A stretch of 26,157 nucleotides of DNA, taken from the IMG/VR virus record IMGVR_UViG_3300017766_001899, positions 1-26,157 of that record. One strand, 5' to 3'. Under the pieces are notes generated by a model. That model was not told the DNA's origin. It was given only the letters and a program-made list of their open reading frames with translations, and did no database searches. Origin of the DNA: a virus. Its lineage: Duplodnaviria > Caudoviricetes. Position numbers and translations under genes: made by a program. Within the stretch, counting starts at the first letter, position 1. Each line of letters opens with the position of its first letter. Of the stretch, positions 1 to 7,506 are shown in pieces.

Positions 1-333
1 GGACGCATAGATGTAGAGACGCACAGGCGATCCCATCTCAAAGTCGCGGACGCGCGCTTCCACATTGTTGGCGACGCCTACCTTGATCAGGTCCGCAGGC
101 TTTGCGCCGACGAAATAGACGCGGCGGGATGGGGTGAACTCGGCGCGTGAGCCATCCGCATACGGCAACGCCGTCAGGGCGTCTTCTAGGTCATCCGCCA
201 GCCAATAGGCTTTGTCGTCCTCCAGCAACCTGGGTCGAGGCATCGACCGATGCTGGACGACTTTGGTGAACTCGTCAGGCATCAGCCCAACGAACTCCGC
301 AGCTTCGCGTCGATTGAGGGCGAAGGCTGTCAC
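1..333 (-). CDS. Excisionase-like HTH fused to a T5orf172/GIY-YIG-like domain (3' end lies outside the window)
   Basis: Manual translation from GTG at 333, overlapping the stop of the upstream gene: MTAFALNRREAAEFVGLMPDEFTKVVQHRSMPRPRLL..YWLADDLEDALTALP (Xis/AlpA-like), then RVYFVGAKPADLIKVGVANNVEARVRDFEMGSPVRL (T5orf172-like). Not in the ORF track because it has no stop in the window. Confidence 0.75.
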   Translation of the reverse strand, partial: MTAFALNRREAAEFVGLMPDEFTKVVQHRSMPRPRLLEDDKAYWLADDLEDALTALPYADGSRAEFTPSRRVYFVGAKPADLIKVGVANNVEARVRDFEMGSPVRLYIYAS

Positions 334-641
334 TTCACCCCTCCCGCAAGCTCGTGTCCGAACCTGTCTTCAAGGTCTTTCAGCTGCCTGCATTGCTCCC
401 GTGTTTCAAACATGCGGTGGAGTTCTTCTTCGCAGTTGAGCTGGGAAGCGGTTGCGACTTGCGGCGCGGCTTTCGATTCCGCGTACATTGCGAGGCCGAC
501 AAACCCGCCGAAGCCGAGCAGCGCGCAGGCGAGCATGGCATACGCCAAGCGTGGGCGTTTCATCATGAACGCAATCGGCATAGTACCAAAGCCGATCACG
601 ATGAGGAAGAATACAACTGCGACGACGATGTTGAGGCTCAT
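330..641 (-). CDS. Hypothetical membrane protein (2 predicted TM segments)
   Basis: ORF track 330..665. The ATG at 641 overlaps the stop of the HNH gene. Two long hydrophobic stretches. Confidence 0.7.
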   Translation of the reverse strand: MSLNIVVAVVFFLIVIGFGTMPIAFMMKRPRLAYAMLACALLGFGGFVGLAMYAESKAAPQVATASQLNCEEELHRMFETREQCRQLKDLEDRFGHELAGGVK

Positions 642-1033
642 TGTCCCAGCTTCCTTTTCGGCCACTGATGCTTCACGCCGTCAGGGCGCTTCTGGAATCC
701 GCGTGATGTGATCTTCTGGCGCGGGCCGGTGCAGGTCTCCTTGCGCAAACGCTTTCCCTTCGCGATGCGCGCCTTGTCCTCTGCATCCTTCGGCTTCGTG
801 CAGTCGAGGCACCAGAGAGCGCGGTTCGTCAGTTCATTGCCGCCGCCAAGGTTTAGCGCGTGCAGATGTTCGTCGCGAACCTTGCCCTGCTCAAGGCGTG
901 ATCCGCATACGGCGCACTTGCCCTCCTGCTTCAGGAACAGCGTGGCGAACTCCCACTTGCTCAACGGGCGGCGCTCCTGCACTTCCAGGTATTCCGGCTG
1001 GCGGTCTTTCGCGAATGGCAGGCTGTCAGGCAT
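638..1033 (-). CDS. HNH endonuclease family protein
   Basis: CAVC...RDEHLHALNLGGGNELTNRALWCLDC: CxxC / HNH-like / CxxC pattern. ATG at 1033 preferred over 1051. Confidence 0.85.
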   Translation of the reverse strand: MPDSLPFAKDRQPEYLEVQERRPLSKWEFATLFLKQEGKCAVCGSRLEQGKVRDEHLHALNLGGGNELTNRALWCLDCTKPKDAEDKARIAKGKRLRKETCTGPRQKITSRGFQKRPDGVKHQWPKRKLGQ

Positions 1034-1424
1034 CGGCCTTCTCCGGCTCATAGAACTTGACGCCGTGCTGCGCGCCGAACGCTTCGATCAGATCCATCAG
1101 CTCGGTCATCTCTGCGACCGACAGCTTGGACGACGAACGCCCTAGCGGCACAAAGCCATTGCCGCCGATGTTCGGCACAAGCCGCATCTCCTGGTTCAGC
1201 CCTGACATCATCACCTGTTTCCAGTCTTCGGGGCTCAGCCGTTGACCGTGCCAAAGCAGTTGCTCCGACAGGTCCGTGAGTTGAGCCCACATCCGATCGT
1301 TCTGTGGCAGTGTGCGCTTCGGGCCTTGGAACGTGACGCGGGTTTCCTTCGGCGCGCGGCGTATCCAGTCGATAGCCTTCGCCCGCGTGTCGTCGTTCCA
1401 GAGGACCAGAAGCGCGCGGCCCAT
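1026..1424 (-). CDS. ninB: NinB/Orf family recombination accessory protein
   Basis: KRTLPQNDRMWAQLTDLSEQ, LSPEDWK and GRSSSKLSVAEMTELMDLIEAFGAQHGV are characteristic NinB motifs. Confidence 0.9.
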   Translation of the reverse strand: MGRALLVLWNDDTRAKAIDWIRRAPKETRVTFQGPKRTLPQNDRMWAQLTDLSEQLLWHGQRLSPEDWKQVMMSGLNQEMRLVPNIGGNGFVPLGRSSSKLSVAEMTELMDLIEAFGAQHGVKFYEPEKADA

Positions 1425-2308
1425 CAGCCCTGCGCTCTCAAAGTGTCCAGAGAAGGAACGGGCGCCATCTCATCCCATCGCCGCGAGACCTCGTTGCGGT
1501 AGAACAGCTTGGTGAGGTGCGGCTTCTGCTGCTTGAGTTCAGCCTTGCTGCTCCACCACGCCTTGAGCGCTCCACGGTTCGTGAAGGTGTCGGCCTCCTT
1601 CAGAAGCTCGTCCCATATCGGGTCTTGGGTGTGGTCAACCTCATCCAATCCAGCGTCCTGCCGATAGTCTTTGACGGCCTGACCCGTTGGCGACACATTG
1701 GCGGAATAAGGGGGCGGCTCCGAACGCTCTTCATGCTGTCCAGCATCGTTCGGAGCCGCCAGTTGACCGCGCTCGGTGGGGGGAGAGGGTGCCGGCGCGG
1801 GTTCGAAATCGATCACTTCTTCTGCGGCGTACATGCCACCAAGGGCGCCGGGATAAGCCGTGCGGACGCCTTCGGAGATCACACGGGCGCGAAGCATCTG
1901 GCGCGGAAACTTCTTCCACATATCCTTGCCGCCAAGGCCAGCCGTGCGGGCGCGCTGCATGTTCCAGTCGATCTCTACGGGCTCACATTGTGAGTGTGAG
2001 AAGATCGCCGCAACGCGCGTGTCGGAAAGCTCGGTCCACTTGACCTTGCCGCCCGCCTGCTGAAACCTCGCCAGCATGGCTTCCGCCTTCAGCGATGGTT
2101 TTCCCTGAATGACGCTGTAGTCCTGCATAGCAGAGGCGACATGGCGTCCCTCGGCTTCAGCCATGAGCATCAGGGCGACGACTTGCTCGACGCTGCTGAC
2201 GCCGAACAGCCTGGACTTTGCGATGGCCTCGGCCATGCGCTGAATTTCATCGAACGAGCGGCGCGCGGGCGCTGCGGGTTCAAAGCGGACCAAATCACCA
2301 GCCATCAC
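1424..2308 (-). CDS. RecT/Red-beta-like single-strand annealing protein
   Basis: IQGKPSLKAEAMLA...ARTAGLGGKDMWKKFPRQMLRARVISEGVRTAYPGALGGMYAAEE, followed by a low-complexity linker and small C-terminal domain. Confidence 0.8.
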   Translation of the reverse strand: MMAGDLVRFEPAAPARRSFDEIQRMAEAIAKSRLFGVSSVEQVVALMLMAEAEGRHVASAMQDYSVIQGKPSLKAEAMLARFQQAGGKVKWTELSDTRVAAIFSHSQCEPVEIDWNMQRARTAGLGGKDMWKKFPRQMLRARVISEGVRTAYPGALGGMYAAEEVIDFEPAPAPSPPTERGQLAAPNDAGQHEERSEPPPYSANVSPTGQAVKDYRQDAGLDEVDHTQDPIWDELLKEADTFTNRGALKAWWSSKAELKQQKPHLTKLFYRNEVSRRWDEMAPVPSLDTLRAQG

Positions 2309-2427
2309 CTTCTCCTCTTCAAAACATCAAGCGCTGCGCCAAGCAGCATCACAAAAGCGGCGAGGGCCACGAGAGGCAGTCCTTGCCACAGCGCCTCAAG
2401 CATCCGGCCTGCTTCTTCAGGGCTCAT
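2305..2427 (-). CDS. Small hydrophobic protein (40 aa)
   Basis: Manual translation MSPEEAGRMLEALWQGLPLVALAAFVMLLGAALDVLKRRR. Fills the gap and overlaps both neighbours. Confidence 0.6.
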   Translation of the reverse strand: MSPEEAGRMLEALWQGLPLVALAAFVMLLGAALDVLKRRR

Positions 2428-2632
2428 CGGCGGGCTCCGTGAGCGCGGCGCGGCGAGCGTCGTAGCCCTCGGCTTTGTCGTCGTCGGTCGCCTCGCGGAA
2501 GCGCATCCACACGTCGCGTCCGCTGTCTTCAGCGCAGAGGCCGCAGTTGCTGGCGAGCTTTGGCGGGATGGCGTTCGTGATGACGCTGAACTGACATTCA
2601 GGGCATTCGCCGTAGTAGAATTGCGCGCTCAT
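2417..2632 (-). CDS. Hypothetical zinc-ribbon protein
   Basis: CPEC and CGLC motifs, ATGA overlap with the upstream gene. Confidence 0.7.
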   Translation of the reverse strand: MSAQFYYGECPECQFSVITNAIPPKLASNCGLCAEDSGRDVWMRFREATDDDKAEGYDARRAALTEPADEP

Positions 2633-2964
2633 TCGTGCGATCCTTTCATGTTGTTGACGGCGTGACGCAGGGCAGTCATTCGCGCTTCCCAGCGCCCGCG
2701 CTGATCGGCCAAGGAAGTGCCCGGGTCGTCGTCATCGAGGATGCCTTGCGCGGCCTCCTCCAACACGCGCACCCTCTCCCTCAGCCCCTCCGTGTCTGGT
2801 AGGGATGCGAGGTAGGCGGTGACGGCGGCGCGGGCGTCTCTCCGGTAATAGTCCTTGCTGGTGCTGGCCTCCCAAGACACCCCTTGTTGATTACCCCACG
2901 CGATGCCCCAAAAGGCTTTCGCCGCAGCCTCCAATGCTGTCTCATCCACCTTCACGTCAGCCAT
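2629..2964 (-). CDS. Hypothetical phage protein
   Basis: C-terminal part of ORF 2629..3186. Likely start MADVKVDETALEAAAKAF at 2964, just after a GGAGGG SD. Confidence 0.7.
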   Translation of the reverse strand: MADVKVDETALEAAAKAFWGIAWGNQQGVSWEASTSKDYYRRDARAAVTAYLASLPDTEGLRERVRVLEEAAQGILDDDDPGTSLADQRGRWEARMTALRHAVNNMKGSHE

Positions 2965-3424
2965 TGGTTTGACCCTCCAGCGCGGCGGTGAATGAGGCGA
3001 GGGCGCGGAACGTCTCTCCGTATGCTTGGCGACTGGCGGTCGATATGTTCGACTGGTCGAGATACAGCGCCGCGCTAAGCTTGCTTGCAGCCTCGATACA
3101 CGCCAGCGCAGGACCCATCGCGTTCTTTGCTGCGGCGATGAAGGCGGCGTTGGCGGCAACCGCAGCGGGCTCGTGCCACTTCCCATCCATGAAGGTATTC
3201 GACCGGCATTCCACCTCTTCGCCGGGCGAACACAGCCAACTCTTGAACGTATTGACCACGGGCCAATAATGCTCGGCGTCTGCGGAGTTGCGCGCGTAGA
3301 TTGTCCCCCAATCTGGATGCGGATGTCCGAGCTGGATGGCTCGCTCCGCGCGCACCCACTCTCCCGGCGTCGCCGCCTCCAGCAGCGCCCGCAGTCTTGC
3401 TATTGCTTGGGTGGGGGTGGTCAT
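2957..3424 (-). CDS. Ead/Ea22-like protein
   Basis: RLRALLEAATPGEW ... ANAAFIAAA signature. Confidence 0.75.
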   Translation of the reverse strand: MTTPTQAIARLRALLEAATPGEWVRAERAIQLGHPHPDWGTIYARNSADAEHYWPVVNTFKSWLCSPGEEVECRSNTFMDGKWHEPAAVAANAAFIAAAKNAMGPALACIEAASKLSAALYLDQSNISTASRQAYGETFRALASFTAALEGQTNG

Positions 3425-3777
3425 TGGCTTTGCTCCGGGGTGCGCGAACCGGGCAGGCGCGGCCTGTACGGGATCGGCTCAAGCGCGATGATTTCGGCGG
3501 CGATCAGATACGGGTGCAGCCACTCTTCGTATTTGTCGTCATCGTCCTCGAACTGGCAGGTATCGCCGCCAGCGTTCGTCATGACGATGCCGGTTTCGGC
3601 GGTGCCCTCGGCATAGAGTTCGCAGGCGTATCGGATGACGTCGCAACCAGCCGTGTTGCCCTTGACGATCTGCTCGACGGTGAGCCGATAGTCCCAGCAC
3701 CCGAACGTGAGGCGCACAGTCTTGTTGCAGGTGTTGCCCGAGTAGTTCACATTGGGATCGAAACTCAGCACGCTCAT
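3421..3777 (-). CDS. Hypothetical phage protein (possibly DUF5406-like)
   Basis: FDPN...KTVRLTFGCWDYR...GNTAGCDVI resembles that family from memory. Coupled by ATGA overlaps. Confidence 0.6.
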   Translation of the reverse strand: MSVLSFDPNVNYSGNTCNKTVRLTFGCWDYRLTVEQIVKGNTAGCDVIRYACELYAEGTAETGIVMTNAGGDTCQFEDDDDKYEEWLHPYLIAAEIIALEPIPYRPRLPGSRTPEQSQ

Positions 3778-3983
3778 TTCATCGTCCCTTCCTCAATCCC
3801 ACGCACCTGGATTTCCCGCCGCTCATCAGCGCACGCGATCCGCACCTTTTGCGCGAACTGTTCCAGCTCACTGATGGCCCGAAGCTCTGCGCGCACCTTT
3901 GCGGCTAGCGCTTCTCCACGGGGAGGATTGCGGCCCATGAGAGCGGCGCGGTGGGCGCAGAAGTCGAACAGCTTGCCCATCAC
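3774..3983 (-). CDS. Hypothetical protein
   Basis: ORF with 4-nt overlaps on both sides within the operon. Confidence 0.65.
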   Translation of the reverse strand: MMGKLFDFCAHRAALMGRNPPRGEALAAKVRAELRAISELEQFAQKVRIACADERREIQVRGIEEGTMK

Positions 3984-4231
3984 TTCGGCTCCCCTGCTAA
4001 GCCGCAGTAGCCGCGACGGGTTGGCGAGCTATACTCAGCAGCAGAGCCGCCTTGCTCGTTCAGGGTAGCAGGATCGGACCAGCGCCACGACATGCAGCGA
4101 GAAGCGATGCAAACATGGTCGCGCAGATCAACCGTCTGGCCGGGATTGAACCCGCCTCTCGGGTTTGTGTGAGACGCAATGACGTGCGGACACCACTTCG
4201 TCTTCGCTTCTTCTTCAGTGAGGGCCATCAC
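3980..4231 (-). CDS. Cys-rich hypothetical phage protein
   Basis: TEEEAKTKWCP...CIASRCMSWRW...GYCGLAG, a motif set common in alphaproteobacterial prophages. Confidence 0.75.
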   Translation of the reverse strand: MMALTEEEAKTKWCPHVIASHTNPRGGFNPGQTVDLRDHVCIASRCMSWRWSDPATLNEQGGSAAEYSSPTRRGYCGLAGEPK

Positions 4232-4602
4232 GCCACCCCTTCTTCAAACAGCATCCGATCAACCCGCGCCTGTGAGTTCTCGCGCAGGCCCGCGTTGCGT
4301 AGGCGATCAACCTCGGCGTACACTTCGTCCCAGCCGCTCCAGCGGTTAACTTCGCGCTGGCGCTTTGCGGCTCCGAGCTTCAGTTCGTAATCCAGGCGCG
4401 TCTCACGCCGGTACGGGTCGAACGTCTCGACGGCCTCGCAGGTGCAGTTTGCCTTCGCCTCTTCTGCGCGCTCGATGTATGCTCCCATGGCTTCGATGTG
4501 AGCGACACGCATAGGGGCGATGGCGTCGTAAGGCTTGCCCGTGTAGCGCTCAAGAATGTGAGCGATGCTGGCGCGGAGATCGTTGGCGATTGAGGTGGTC
4601 AC
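4228..4602 (-). CDS. Hypothetical protein
   Basis: C-terminal part of ORF 4228..4962. GTG at 4602 overlaps the stop of the upstream gene. Confidence 0.65.
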   Translation of the reverse strand: MTTSIANDLRASIAHILERYTGKPYDAIAPMRVAHIEAMGAYIERAEEAKANCTCEAVETFDPYRRETRLDYELKLGAAKRQREVNRWSGWDEVYAEVDRLRNAGLRENSQARVDRMLFEEGVA

Positions 4603-4817
4603 TTGTCGTCGTCCTTCGTGGAGGTGAACATTCCGATGATGGCGCCGCCCGCAAAGAAGGTGGCGAAGACCGCGCCAGACCACAGGCCCGCAGACGTGAC
4701 GGCTTGCTGGAAGCCAAAGCCCGCAACCATGTGCCAAAGCGTGATGGCGGTCGGCAGGGCGATCACCGCCCACAGCAAGTAGAAGCGGAAGCCTGGCTCT
4801 TTCTTCTTGTCGCTCAT
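4599..4817 (-). CDS. Small membrane protein (2 TM)
   Basis: Two hydrophobic segments, ATGA coupling. Confidence 0.7.
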   Translation of the reverse strand: MSDKKKEPGFRFYLLWAVIALPTAITLWHMVAGFGFQQAVTSAGLWSGAVFATFFAGGAIIGMFTSTKDDDK

Positions 4818-5128
4818 TGTCCTTGTTCCTCTGAGAGAGCGCGGTCGATTGCAGCGTCACGCAGATCATCCGCATCCGGCCCGTAATCAGCGTCGGGGTT
4901 CTCCATGATGTCGGTGATCCAGGCGTCTTCTTCGTGGTCCGACATGGCGTCAGGCTCGCCATTCGCCAGCTTCACGCTGATGACTTCGACCTCGCCGCCG
5001 TAGGCTTGGTAACAGCGCTCTGGCGGGCCAGACGTTTGCGCGGCGAAGTAGGGCGATTGCGTGTAGGTCACGATCACGCAGTCTTCGTTCTCGCGGTAGA
5101 ACTTGCGGGTGCGGATACGGTCGCTCAT
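4814..5128 (-). CDS. Hypothetical acidic protein
   Basis: Start MSDRIRTRK at 5128 overlaps the upstream stop (ATGA). Confidence 0.7.
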   Translation of the reverse strand: MSDRIRTRKFYRENEDCVIVTYTQSPYFAAQTSGPPERCYQAYGGEVEVISVKLANGEPDAMSDHEEDAWITDIMENPDADYGPDADDLRDAAIDRALSEEQGQ

Positions 5129-5406
5129 GCTTTCACCTTGCGGTTGGCGCGGGCCTTGTTCACAGTGGCGATGAGGGTCCGAGCGGCGAGACGTGACGGC
5201 GCCAACGCGTCCATCAGATCGTTCGCCCAATCCTCTGCTTCTTGCTCGCTGACGAACTTCTTCGACGGCAGGAAGTCATCGAGGCGGTCCATTTCGGAGT
5301 AGACCTGATCGCAGAAGCGCAGCAGTTGCGATTCCAGCATGTAGGCGCGGTCGTCAGCCTGATCGCTCTCAGAGGCGCGGCCGAATATCGGATGTTCGGG
5401 GATCAC
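5125..5406 (-). CDS. Hypothetical protein
   Basis: ORF track, GTGA coupling. Confidence 0.7.
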   Translation of the reverse strand: MIPEHPIFGRASESDQADDRAYMLESQLLRFCDQVYSEMDRLDDFLPSKKFVSEQEAEDWANDLMDALAPSRLAARTLIATVNKARANRKVKA

Positions 5407-5723
5407 GCCGCCACCCGCGCTTCAGCTTCGATTTCCGAGAGCGCTTCGAGCCGGTTCAGCGTCCACATGTGGCGCTGCTTGACGGAGGCCAGAGCGCCGT
5501 AGAACTCTGTCCGCGCAACCGCTGCGAACAGATCACGGTGAGGCTCTGAAACCTTGAGCCCAAGCGCATCGAGGATGCCATCCATCGACCCCTCGAAAAC
5601 CTCGCACATGGCTTCCCATGACATGCCAATACCGGCGTCGTGGGCGTAGCTGGACAGCGCCTCAAGAGAGGCGAGCTGCTTGGCGGCGAAGGTCTGGGCC
5701 AGTTGTTCCAGTTGCGTGGTCAT
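5403..5723 (-). CDS. Hypothetical protein
   Basis: ORF track, GGAG SD upstream of the ATG. Confidence 0.7.
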   Translation of the reverse strand: MTTQLEQLAQTFAAKQLASLEALSSYAHDAGIGMSWEAMCEVFEGSMDGILDALGLKVSEPHRDLFAAVARTEFYGALASVKQRHMWTLNRLEALSEIEAEARVAA

Positions 5724-5746
5724 GTCAGGCTCCGGATTGAGTGGTG

Positions 5747-6004
5747 TCAGGCGACAAACGAGGCGGCGTAATCGCCAGTGAAGCGCTCGGTGCGGGTGAG
5801 GGGAGCGGGCTGAAGGCTCTCGATTGCGCGGTACACGGCGCGGCCCGGACGCTGATCGCGTTCAGCGCGGCGGTTCCACTTCCAGCGGAGCGCCACGGCT
5901 TCGTGGCCCTGTCCGTGATTGAGCAGCCACGAGTTGCGGCCATCGTGGGTCGCCGGAAGCTGGAGGATCAGACCCTCCGCCCATTTCTGTCCGTCGCTCG
6001 CCAT
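5747..6004 (-). CDS. Hypothetical phage protein, first gene of the left operon
   Basis: MASDGQKWAEGLILQLPATHDGRNSWLLNHG, GGAGGG SD before ATG 6004, downstream of the leftward promoter. Confidence 0.65.
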   Translation of the reverse strand: MASDGQKWAEGLILQLPATHDGRNSWLLNHGQGHEAVALRWKWNRRAERDQRPGRAVYRAIESLQPAPLTRTERFTGDYAASFVA

Positions 6005-6048
6005 CTCTCGTCCCTCCATGAAGCCGTGTGGGGCTGTCTATGGGAGGA

Positions 6049-6077
6049 GTTATAACCGGTGCTTTTTTATACCGCAA
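6049..6077 (-). promoter_or_regulatory. Leftward early promoter (PL-like)
   Basis: Minus strand TTGCGG-17 nt-TATAAC, overlapped by operator 6058-6073. Same -35 hexamer as the rightward promoter. Confidence 0.7.
6058..6073. promoter_or_regulatory. Repressor operator OL1-like
   Basis: GGTGCTTTTTTATACC (reverse complement GGTATAAAAAAGCACC), one of five related 16-mers. Confidence 0.8.
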
Positions 6078-6084
6078 GGGGGTT

Positions 6085-6100
6085 GGTAGAAAAAAGTACC
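6085..6100. promoter_or_regulatory. Repressor operator OL2-like
   Basis: GGTAGAAAAAAGTACC. Confidence 0.8.
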
Positions 6101-6137
6101 GAATGTATGGTGGGTCAAAATTAGGAATCGACCCGCC

Positions 6138-6896
6138 ATGCACCACGTCCAAGACAAACCCGAGCGTCAGGCGCTCATGCTCCACTTGCGGAAACTGTGT
6201 GCCACCGCTGGCATTCCGCCGACGAAAACGATTGCGGGGCTGGTGGCGTACCTGGCCGGCCGGCCGATGACCCACGGGCAGGCGCTGGACTGGTTGGCGG
6301 CAGACATGGCGGCTAATCCGCCAGTGCTGCGTCGTGAGGCGAGAAAGCCCGAGCCTGCCCCTGTCGCGGCCCCCAATGGCCGGAGAGGGCGCAAGGCCAA
6401 GCGCAAGGCCGCAGAGAAGGCGGCGCAGGCGGAACGAAGCAGGGAGGGCCACAGGCGCAAGCTGGCGCGGGATGCGGCGTTCATTGCGCAGGCGGAAAAG
6501 CGGATGCTCAAGCATCGCGGAGAAAAGCCAGCGCCGCCAAAGAAAACCGGCAAGCAGAGGCGTTGGACGTTCTACAAGTCGGCCGCGTGGCTAGCGCTGC
6601 GCGCGAAGGTGTATGAGAAATACCACGGTAAATGCTGCCTTTGCGGGCGTTCTCACCGTGATGACGGCGTGAAGATCCACGCGGACCATATCAAGCCGCG
6701 ATCCACGCACCCGCTGCTAGAGCTGGTAGAGGATAACATTCAACTGCTGTGTGAGGACTGCAATCTCGGCAAGAGCAATCGGTACGAAACCGATTGGCGC
6801 CCTAAGCCTTCTTGTCCTTCGCCTGCTGAGCCAAATAGCGGGCATAGTTCGTCAGCTGCGCGCGCCTCTCCGCATCGAGGCGAGGCATCAGGCTGA
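6138..6896 (+). CDS. HNH endonuclease with long basic N-terminal extension
   Basis: FYKSAAWLALR...CCLCG...IHADHIKPRSTHPLLELVEDNIQLLCEDCNLGKSN. Confidence 0.88.
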   Translation: MHHVQDKPERQALMLHLRKLCATAGIPPTKTIAGLVAYLAGRPMTHGQALDWLAADMAANPPVLRREARKPEPAPVAAPNGRRGRKAKRKAAEKAAQAERSREGHRRKLARDAAFIAQAEKRMLKHRGEKPAPPKKTGKQRRWTFYKSAAWLALRAKVYEKYHGKCCLCGRSHRDDGVKIHADHIKPRSTHPLLELVEDNIQLLCEDCNLGKSNRYETDWRPKPSCPSPAEPNSGHSSSAARASPHRGEASG

Positions 6897-7137
6897 TTGC
6901 CTCGGCAACATCTGCGCTCTCTGGCTGGTCCGCGTCGCCGGTTCCGTGAACCAGCCATTCCGTATTCGTCTTGAGCGCGCGCGCCAGTTTTTGCAGCGTG
7001 TCAATTCGTGGGTTCTGGGTTTTCCCCGAAAGGATCGCCTGCACCAGATGGGTATTCGGCCCTACTTCGAGAGACACGGCGCGGGCCGAAGTCTTCAGCG
7101 CTTCGATGCGGGCTTGGATTCTGGCGGCGATGCTCAT
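6802..7137 (-). CDS. Phage repressor, XRE-family HTH (CI-like, no S24 peptidase domain)
   Basis: MSIAARIQARIEALKTSARAVSLEVG...ILSGKTQNPRIDTLQKLARALKTNTEWLVHGTG, 111 aa, divergent from the cro-like gene across three operators. Confidence 0.88.
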   Translation of the reverse strand: MSIAARIQARIEALKTSARAVSLEVGPNTHLVQAILSGKTQNPRIDTLQKLARALKTNTEWLVHGTGDADQPESADVAEAISLMPRLDAERRAQLTNYARYLAQQAKDKKA

Positions 7138-7138
7138 T

Positions 7139-7154
7139 GGTATAAAATCGCACC
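7139..7154. promoter_or_regulatory. Repressor operator OR3-like
   Basis: GGTATAAAATCGCACC, immediately upstream of the repressor ATG. Confidence 0.8.
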
Positions 7155-7172
7155 ACCCCACAAAATGCCCTA

Positions 7173-7188
7173 GGTAGAAAAAAGCACT
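7173..7188. promoter_or_regulatory. Repressor operator OR2-like
   Basis: GGTAGAAAAAAGCACT. Confidence 0.8.
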
Positions 7189-7215
7189 TGCGGCGGCGGT
7201 GCATTTATGTACCAT
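7188..7215 (+). promoter_or_regulatory. Rightward early promoter (PR-like)
   Basis: TTGCGG-16 nt-TACCAT overlapping two operators, with the ATG 6 nt downstream of the -10. Confidence 0.65.
7198..7213. promoter_or_regulatory. Repressor operator OR1-like
   Basis: GGTGCATTTATGTACC (reverse complement GGTACATAAATGCACC). Confidence 0.8.
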
Positions 7216-7221
7216 ACCCGC

Positions 7222-7506
7222 ATGAGAAAGCCGCGCCCCAAGAAAACAACGCCCTCCAAGGTCGCGAAGAAGACGCCGCCCAGGCTTCCGCTTCCGCCGG
7301 AAATCGCGGTGTTTGTCGCCCGTGCGGACGCCGTTCGCAAGCGCGCAAACATTTCCCGAGCGACCCTCTCCAAGAAACTGTTCGAAAACCGGGCTGGCGT
7401 GATCGACAACCTCGCAGACGGTTACGGCTGCAACATCACCAATTGGATCGAAGCGCAGCAAAAGCTAGCCGCCCTTGAGGCGGAGCTTCAGGCGGTGTCC
7501 GCGTGA
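7222..7506 (+). CDS. Cro-like DNA-binding protein
   Basis: Position divergent from the repressor. ANISRATLSKKLFENRAGVIDNL is HTH-like. Confidence 0.7.
   Translation: MRKPRPKKTTPSKVAKKTPPRLPLPPEIAVFVARADAVRKRANISRATLSKKLFENRAGVIDNLADGYGCNITNWIEAQQKLAALEAELQAVSA

Noticed and set aside
212-6055. Many plus-strand ORFs over the left arm (e.g. 3301-4068, 1517-1993)
   Set aside because: They lie opposite a continuous, translationally coupled minus-strand operon and have no motifs.
7138-7461. N-terminal extension of the repressor ORF to 219 aa
   Set aside because: It runs through the operators and antisense to cro. The HTH begins at ATG 7137.
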